Source: Phycisphaerales bacterium UBA2266 (GTDB taxonomy: Bacteria > Planctomycetota > Phycisphaerae > Sedimentisphaerales > Anaerobacaceae). Taken from it: a stretch of DNA of 56,041 bases. How positions within the stretch are numbered: the first letter of the stretch is position 1; the number at the start of each line of letters is the position of its first letter. Shown piece after piece: positions 50,332 to 56,041 of this stretch. The notes under the pieces were generated by a model. It had not been told where the DNA came from and did no database searches. It saw nothing but the letters and a program-made list of their open reading frames with translations. Location of the stretch: positions 1-56,041 of the forward strand of contig DDXG01000263.1 in the NCBI GenBank assembly GCA_002347125.1, in the 5' to 3' direction. A program made the translations under genes and the position numbers.

Positions 50332-51347
50332 TCATCAGCAGAACGCCATTTCGAATCTCGTTCTTCGGCGGCGGCACCGATTACCCCGGTTGGTACCAAA
50401 AAGACGGCGGGGCGGTGCTGAGCACGACGATTGACAAGTACTGTTATATCTCGTGCCGCTACCTGCCTCCATTCTTCGACCACCGCTATCTCATCCGCTA
50501 CCGTGTTATCGAGACGGTCGGACACATGGAAGAAATCCGCCATCCGTCCGTCCGCGAGTGCCTGCGGTTCATGGGCATCCAGGACGGCATCGAGATGGTC
50601 CATAACAGCGACCTGCCCGCACGCTCCGGGATCGGTTCCAGTTCCGCCTTCACTGTTGGTCTCCTGAATACGCTCTATGCCCTGACCGGTCGCATGGTCG
50701 GTAAACGCAAACTCGCCGCCGACGCCATCTGTATCGAACAACAGATGATCCGCGAAAACGTCGGTTCGCAGGACCAGGTTGCGGCCGCATTCGGCGGCCT
50801 TAACCGCATCGAGTTCAACGGCCGCGAGGACTTCATTGTCAGCCCCATCACCATCGACCATCGCAAGATCAGGACCCTGCAGAACCATCTCATGCTATTT
50901 TTTACGGGTCTGTCGCGAACGGCTTCGGAGATCGCCGCCGAACAGATGCGCAACGTGGAGCATAACCGCGCGGAACTGCGCACCATGAGACAGATGGTGG
51001 ATGAGGCCGTCCGCATCCTCAACGGCCCGGTGGACGGCATAGAGGACTTCGGGCGGCTGCTCAATGAGTCGTGGATGCTCAAACGCACGCTGTCCAGCCG
51101 TGTGTCGAACACGGCCATCGACGACATTTACCAGGCCGCGATGCAGAGCGGCGCCATCGGGGGCAAGTTGTGCGGGGCGGGCGGCGGGGGGTTCATCCTG
51201 TTGTTTGTCCCCCCGCGCAAGCAGCGAATGGTCCGCCGCGCGCTCAAGGATTTGCTCTTCGTGCCGTTTACATTTGAAACACTCGGCTCCCATATCATTC
51301 TCTACGCGAACAAGGAATATGACGCCAGGCCACTTATCTGGAACTGA
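50328..51347 (+). CDS. GHMP-family sugar kinase (HddA-like D-glycero-D-manno-heptose 7-phosphate kinase type)
   Basis: RTPFRISFFGGGTDYP..., GHMP motif DLPARSGIGSSSAFTVGL, GGKLCGAGGGGFILLF. An ATGA overlap joins it to the upstream gene. Confidence 0.8.
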   Translation: MIISRTPFRISFFGGGTDYPGWYQKDGGAVLSTTIDKYCYISCRYLPPFFDHRYLIRYRVIETVGHMEEIRHPSVRECLRFMGIQDGIEMVHNSDLPARSGIGSSSAFTVGLLNTLYALTGRMVGKRKLAADAICIEQQMIRENVGSQDQVAAAFGGLNRIEFNGREDFIVSPITIDHRKIRTLQNHLMLFFTGLSRTASEIAAEQMRNVEHNRAELRTMRQMVDEAVRILNGPVDGIEDFGRLLNESWMLKRTLSSRVSNTAIDDIYQAAMQSGAIGGKLCGAGGGGFILLFVPPRKQRMVRRALKDLLFVPFTFETLGSHIILYANKEYDARPLIWN

Positions 51348-52059
51348 TGTTGTGATTCTGTGCGGCGGCAAGGGCTCCCGTCTGCGACCGGCCGTCAACG
51401 ACCGTCCCAAGCCCATGGCCGACATCCACGGCCGGCCCTTCCTTCGGATTCTGGTGGACTACTTTGCCGGATTCGGAGCCGAACGCTTCATCTTCTGCAC
51501 CGGCTACAGGGCCGACGCCATACGTGACTATTTCACCAACCGCCAGGCGCCGCTCCAGTTTGTCTTTTCGGAGGAGCCCATTTTCCTGGGAACGGCCGGC
51601 GGCCTGCGGCACGCGCAGCGATTCATCCATAGCGATCCGTTCCTTGTGACAAACGGCGATTCCTTCTGTCCGGCCAACCTGGCGTGGTTCTACTACTTCC
51701 ACAGCCTGCGCCGGGCTCTGATGTCCATGATCGCCGTCAAGAGCGACGACCCGGTCGACTACGGATCCGTCACCTTCGATGATGGTCTGCGGTTTACGGG
51801 TTTCGCGGAAAAGGCCTGTGAACGCGGTCCCTCCCATGTGAATGCGGGCATCTATCTGTTCAGCAGGGACCTGCTCGCCCTGATTCCGGCCGGTCGGCCC
51901 TGGTCGCTGGAATTCGACCTTTTCCCCAAGCTGGTACACGGCCCCGGCTATGTCCTGCCCTGCAATGCCAATTGTATCGACATAGGCACGCCCGAGCGCC
52001 TCGCGGCGGCTCGACAGTACTTCGCCGCTCAGACGGCGACTGTCGGGGTCGGCTCATGA
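51319..52059 (+). CDS. Sugar-1-phosphate nucleotidyltransferase (HddC/RmlA-fold)
   Basis: VVILCGGKGSRLRPAVNDRPKPMADIHGRPFL...GTAGGL...NGDSF. The start is uncertain (ATG 51319, overlapping the kinase gene by 29 nt, or GTG 51352); the listed 51064 extension is not credible. Confidence 0.8.
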   Translation: MTPGHLSGTDVVILCGGKGSRLRPAVNDRPKPMADIHGRPFLRILVDYFAGFGAERFIFCTGYRADAIRDYFTNRQAPLQFVFSEEPIFLGTAGGLRHAQRFIHSDPFLVTNGDSFCPANLAWFYYFHSLRRALMSMIAVKSDDPVDYGSVTFDDGLRFTGFAEKACERGPSHVNAGIYLFSRDLLALIPAGRPWSLEFDLFPKLVHGPGYVLPCNANCIDIGTPERLAAARQYFAAQTATVGVGS

Positions 52060-55000
52060 CGATGGAACGGACACGGCCCTATCCACTGGTTTCCCTGGTC
52101 TGCTTCTGCAGGAATGCCGCGCCGACCATCCTCCATTGCATTGATGCGGCCCTGGCGCAGGACTATCCGAATGTCGAGGTCGTGGTTCAGGACGGCGCCT
52201 CGACGGACGGCACGCTGGAGATTCTGAGGACCTACGGGGACCGGATCCGCCTGGTCAGCGAGCCCGACAAGGGGCCCAACGACGCCATGTGCAAGGCCCT
52301 GCGGCGCGTCAACGGGGAGATATTCGCCTTTACACTGGCCGATGAACAACTCATGCCCCACGCCGTCTCCTGGGCGGTCCAGAGCCTGTCAGAGTGGCCC
52401 CAGACGGCCGCAGTCTACGGTCCGCACTACACCACCGACATCGAGGGCAACATCACAGGCACTGTGACACCGCCGGCCTGGGATTGCCCGGCATATCTGT
52501 GTTCGGAGATCACGCCGCCGTTGTGCAGTTCCTTCTTCCGCCGCCGGGTCTACGAGCAGATTGCCTTTGACCAATACACCGGTGCGGATGAATTTGACCT
52601 CTGGATCAACCTGGGCGTTCGATTCGACATCCGCTATGTCCCGTGTCCGCTACCCTTGGCCAAGTACGCCGTCCACGGCGGATCCGTCAGCTTCACCAAG
52701 GAGCACCAGGACAGGCGCCTGGCCTCGCGGCGGCGCGCCATCGAGAAGCTGTGTACGGACCCCGCCACGCCGGAGTGGGCGCGCCGGCTGAAGGACCGCG
52801 CCATCGACAGCCTCCTGGTCTGGCACGCCGATAGCCTCTGCTGTCTTGGCCTCTGGGAGCATGTCAAGGACGAGGCGCCTCGTGCATTTGCCGCCGGCCC
52901 GAACCGTCAGGTCCTTCATACGTTGGCCGTCAAGATACTGCGCCACGCCGAACAGTTGCACCGGCGCGGCGAGAATGCCGAAGCCCGCGAATTCATCAAC
53001 CTGCTCAAACGCTGCAAGATTCACGGCGAACCGATCGATACTCTCAAGCATGTTGTCGAGGCGGACTGCGCCTCGGTTGCCGATCCGGCCCCATGCCCCT
53101 CCAACCCGATTGCCCCTTCCTCACGGAGATCCGATATGCCGTTGCGATTCTTGATTGTCAACACGGATTATGAGCCGTTTCTCGCCCGCCTGTACGCCGA
53201 AAACCCCGGTCTCGAGATGCGGCCCTTCGAACAGCAGTATGAGGCCCGTATGGCCACCTGTTTCGGCGTGGCGGACTTCTACTCGAAGAACCTGAGGGCC
53301 CTGGGCCACGAAGCCGCCGACATCATCTACAACGCCCCATTCATGCAATACGCCTGGGCCCGCGAGAACGGCCTGATCGCCCGGACGCAAACCGACCCGC
53401 GGCAGATCGCCGCCATGACGGCGGAGCATCTGGCCGCCATACTTCAGGCCAGGGTCCGCCTGTTCAAGCCGGATATCATCATCAACCTGGCGATGGAGCA
53501 AGTCACCAGCGACGTCCTGAATCCCGTCAAACCCTTTGTCCGTCTGATTGTGGGCCAACATGCCGCGCCTCTGACAATGGCCATGAGGGACCTGTCGGCC
53601 TATGATCTACTGTTGTCCTCCATACCGGGCTATGTCGACGGTTTCCGCCGTCTGGGCAAGCCCGCCGAGTACTTTCGTCTGGGCTTCGAGTCGACCCTCC
53701 TGGACCACGTGGACATCCCATCGGACCGGCCGGTTGACGTTGCCTTCGTAGGCCAGTTCACGGGCGGCCACAAGGGTGGAACCGAGCTATTCAACGCCCT
53801 CGCCGACCGCGGCTTCGCCATGAATCTGCACGGCTTCGGATACGACGGTCTCTCGGATAAGGCCCGCGAGTCTTTCAAGGGTCCGCTCTTCGGGCTGGAG
53901 ATGTACAGACTCTACAGCCGCGCCCGAGTCGTCCTGAACCGCCACATTGACATTGCCGGTCCGCACGCCAACAACATGCGGCTCTACGAGGCCACGGGCA
54001 TGGGGGCCTTGCTGCTGACCGACCGCAAGGACAATCTCCATGAACTGTTTGCTCCCGGCCGGGAGGTTGTGGCCTACGAATCCGCGGAACACTGCGCCGA
54101 GTTGCTGCGGCACTTCCTGGATAGCGAATCCGAACGGGCCCGTATCGCCGCCGCCGGCCAGGGGCGGACGCTGCGGGAGCATACCTACCGACATCGGATG
54201 GCCGAATTGGCGCAGATGGTTCAGGAATACACCACAACCGCCGACAAGGCGGCCTCGCCGCCGTTGTCGGAATCGGTCGCACCGCATCACGTGATCGAGA
54301 TTCGGCCGGAGAGCACACGGCAGGACTTCGAGCGATTACGGAGCCTCGCGGGGCGGGAGCGGTTCGGCGACTACTGCGTCAAGTTCAATGGCCTGACGAT
54401 CTACTGCCACGACCTGCTGTCGTTCTACATGGCCGCCAAAGACATCTTCCTGCAGCGCATCTATGACTTCGAGACGGACAATCCGCGACCGGTCATAATC
54501 GATGGGGGCGGACACATCGGCCTGTTCAGCCTGTACACCGCGCAGCGATACCCCGACGCCCGAATCACCATCTTCGAGCCGGACGGCGAGTCGCTCGAGT
54601 TATTGCACAAGAACCTCCGGGCCAACAACGTCACGGCCACCGTGGTGGATGCGGGTTTGCACAAGTCCGACGCGACGCTCGGTTTCTCCGCCGACCACTC
54701 CGATGGTGGCAGTTTCTACAGCGGATCCGGTGACACGAAGGTACGGGTCGTCCCGCTGAGCCGGTATATCGAGGGTGAAATCGACTTTCTGAAGCTCAAC
54801 ATCGAAGGGGCCGAGACCGACGTCGTCGCCGAGATCGCCGACAGATTGCACTTTGTCGAGGAACTGGTCATCGAGTACCACGGCTTTCCTGAAACAGGCC
54901 AGAATCTTCACAAGATACTGGCGCTCTTGGCGGCGGCGGGATTCCGCTACATGATCCACGACTTCGACGGTCTGACCAACCCCGCCACCAAGCCGCCGTT

Positions 55001-56041
55001 CAGGATAACCGCCGAGACACGCTTCTTCCTGCTGGTCTACGCCAAGCGGGTTCTCTCGCCGGAACTGATGGGGAATGAATCTGGGACAGAGAAGGACAGT
55101 TGCTCATCACCGCGGCGTATAGCGGCCGTGTGCAGCGCCGGATGTGAGCCGGTCAGCCGCAGATTCGGCTACGATCTCGGAACGCCCATCGACCGTATCT
55201 ACATTGAGCGGTTTCTTGCGGAGAATGCCTCCGCCATCCGGGGCATAGTGCTGGAAATCGGCGACGACCAATACAGCCGCAAGTACGGCTCCCGGACCAC
55301 TCGTGTGGACGTCCTGAGTGCTGCGGCTTCGGAGACGGCCACGCTCGTGGGCGACCTGGCGACCGGCCGGAACATCCCGTCGAGCGCCTACGATTGCATT
55401 ATCCTGACGCAGACCCTTCAGATGATATACGACGTCAAGGCCGCCCTGCGGATCGCCGCCGAGGCCCTCAAACCCGGCGGGACATTGCTGCTGACGGCCT
55501 CCGGCATCAGCCACATATCACGCTATGATATGGACCGCTGGGGCGAATACTGGCGGTTCACGGACAAGAGCCTGCGTATGCTCCTCGACGAGGTCTTTCC
55601 TGAAGGCAGCGTGAATGTCCAGGCGTACGGCAACGTGGCGGCGGCCAAGGCCTTTCTTGATGGCGTACCTGCCGAACAGTTGTCCAACGAGGTCCTTGCC
55701 CACAATGATCCGGACTATCAGGTTCTGCTGGCCGCCCGAGCCATCAAGGCCGCCGCGCCTGTCGGGAATCATGCCGCGAAACCCGCTGTGGTGTCTGGGG
55801 AGCCAAGGGACTCCATGGCGGCTACGCCTGCGCCGAATTCGGGGGGCGGGCGTCCGAGGGTTGTCTTCGAGCATCCTCTGATCCTCCTATACCACCGCGT
55901 CGCCGATGACCCCGTTGACGCCCAGCTCCTGGCGGCCAGCCCGGAGAATTTCGATGCTCACATGGCCGAACTGGCGGCGTATTGGCGTGTCGTGCCGCTG
56001 CCGACCCTCGTAGAGGAGATCCGCCACGGCCGGTATGCGCC
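52056..56041 (+). CDS. Multidomain glycan-tailoring protein, partial at the 3' end (at least 1,328 aa): GT2 + CgeB-like GT + FkbM methyltransferase + class I SAM methyltransferase + polysaccharide-deacetylase-like N-terminus
   Basis: This ORF is not in the supplied track because it has no stop inside the window. Reading frame 0 codon by codon from ATG 52056 (ATGA overlap with the upstream stop) to nt 56041 gives no stop. Motifs: VSLVCFCRNAAP...VVVQDGASTDGT (GT2); MPLRFLIVNTDYEPF...NMRLYEATGMGALLLTD (from 53136); VIIDGGGHIGLF...IDFLKLNIEGAE (FkbM); IVLEIGDD...LKPGGTLLLT (methyltransferase); HPLILLYHRV (deacetylase-like). Confidence 0.85.
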   Translation, partial: MTMERTRPYPLVSLVCFCRNAAPTILHCIDAALAQDYPNVEVVVQDGASTDGTLEILRTYGDRIRLVSEPDKGPNDAMCKALRRVNGEIFAFTLADEQLMPHAVSWAVQSLSEWPQTAAVYGPHYTTDIEGNITGTVTPPAWDCPAYLCSEITPPLCSSFFRRRVYEQIAFDQYTGADEFDLWINLGVRFDIRYVPCPLPLAKYAVHGGSVSFTKEHQDRRLASRRRAIEKLCTDPATPEWARRLKDRAIDSLLVWHADSLCCLGLWEHVKDEAPRAFAAGPNRQVLHTLAVKILRHAEQLHRRGENAEAREFINLLKRCKIHGEPIDTLKHVVEADCASVADPAPCPSNPIAPSSRRSDMPLRFLIVNTDYEPFLARLYAENPGLEMRPFEQQYEARMATCFGVADFYSKNLRALGHEAADIIYNAPFMQYAWARENGLIARTQTDPRQIAAMTAEHLAAILQARVRLFKPDIIINLAMEQVTSDVLNPVKPFVRLIVGQHAAPLTMAMRDLSAYDLLLSSIPGYVDGFRRLGKPAEYFRLGFESTLLDHVDIPSDRPVDVAFVGQFTGGHKGGTELFNALADRGFAMNLHGFGYDGLSDKARESFKGPLFGLEMYRLYSRARVVLNRHIDIAGPHANNMRLYEATGMGALLLTDRKDNLHELFAPGREVVAYESAEHCAELLRHFLDSESERARIAAAGQGRTLREHTYRHRMAELAQMVQEYTTTADKAASPPLSESVAPHHVIEIRPESTRQDFERLRSLAGRERFGDYCVKFNGLTIYCHDLLSFYMAAKDIFLQRIYDFETDNPRPVIIDGGGHIGLFSLYTAQRYPDARITIFEPDGESLELLHKNLRANNVTATVVDAGLHKSDATLGFSADHSDGGSFYSGSGDTKVRVVPLSRYIEGEIDFLKLNIEGAETDVVAEIADRLHFVEELVIEYHGFPETGQNLHKILALLAAAGFRYMIHDFDGLTNPATKPPFRITAETRFFLLVYAKRVLSPELMGNESGTEKDSCSSPRRIAAVCSAGCEPVSRRFGYDLGTPIDRIYIERFLAENASAIRGIVLEIGDDQYSRKYGSRTTRVDVLSAAASETATLVGDLATGRNIPSSAYDCIILTQTLQMIYDVKAALRIAAEALKPGGTLLLTASGISHISRYDMDRWGEYWRFTDKSLRMLLDEVFPEGSVNVQAYGNVAAAKAFLDGVPAEQLSNEVLAHNDPDYQVLLAARAIKAAAPVGNHAAKPAVVSGEPRDSMAATPAPNSGGGRPRVVFEHPLILLYHRVADDPVDAQLLAASPENFDAHMAELAAYWRVVPLPTLVEEIRHGRYA

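Noticed and set aside
1-56041. A search for tRNA, rRNA, CRISPR arrays, transposases, integrases, phage genes or long repeats.
   Set aside because: I saw no cloverleaf-like or rRNA-like conserved stretches, no regularly spaced direct repeats and no recombinase or transposase motifs in any frame. The glycosylation island therefore shows no visible mobility hallmarks within this window.

Overview
All calls below were made by eye from the sequence and the ORF translations; no searches were run, so every family assignment is motif recognition, not a database hit.

This is a GC-rich (roughly 60-65% by eye) chromosomal segment from a diderm, flagellated bacterium. The style fits Planctomycetota or another GC-rich Gram-negative, but I cannot determine the lineage.

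Layout:
1. 2-1198 (+): a 5'-truncated c-di-AMP cyclase fused to YbbR repeats.
2. 6261->1205 (-): a leftward operon encoding a large TPR membrane protein, a secreted TPR-like protein and a sigma-54 enhancer-binding protein with a degenerate receiver domain.
3. 6262-6903: a 642-bp control region with two exact TGGCAC-N5-TTGC sigma-54 promoters facing opposite ways.
4. 6904-18877 (+): a flagellar operon, flgD-flgE-(PilZ protein)-flgF-flgG-flgA-flgH-flgI-flgJ(rod-binding only)-flgN-like-flgK-flgL.
5. 19123 to the window end (+): a glycosylation island of at least 37 kb, all on one strand and almost gap-free, with many 4-nt start/stop overlaps.

The island contains:
- TPR-glycosyltransferase fusions with a FlmG-like architecture.
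- A complete legionaminic-acid-type nonulosonic acid pathway (NeuB, NeuC, NeuD/PglD, dehydratase, DegT and CMP-synthetase types).
- Three radical SAM enzymes, two of them cobalamin-type.
- A 2-oxoacid-dehydrogenase-like E1(alpha-beta fusion)-E2-phosphopantetheinyl transferase module.
- A split transketolase.
- A ColD/E1-type sugar 3-dehydratase.
- An HddA/HddC-like kinase/nucleotidyltransferase pair.
- An open frame of at least 1,328 codons (52056 to the window end) that is missing from the supplied ORF track. It fuses GT2, CgeB-like GT, FkbM methyltransferase, class I methyltransferase and deacetylase modules.

I saw no rRNA, tRNA, CRISPR array, transposase or integrase. The long antisense ORFs in the track are GC-driven shadow ORFs.
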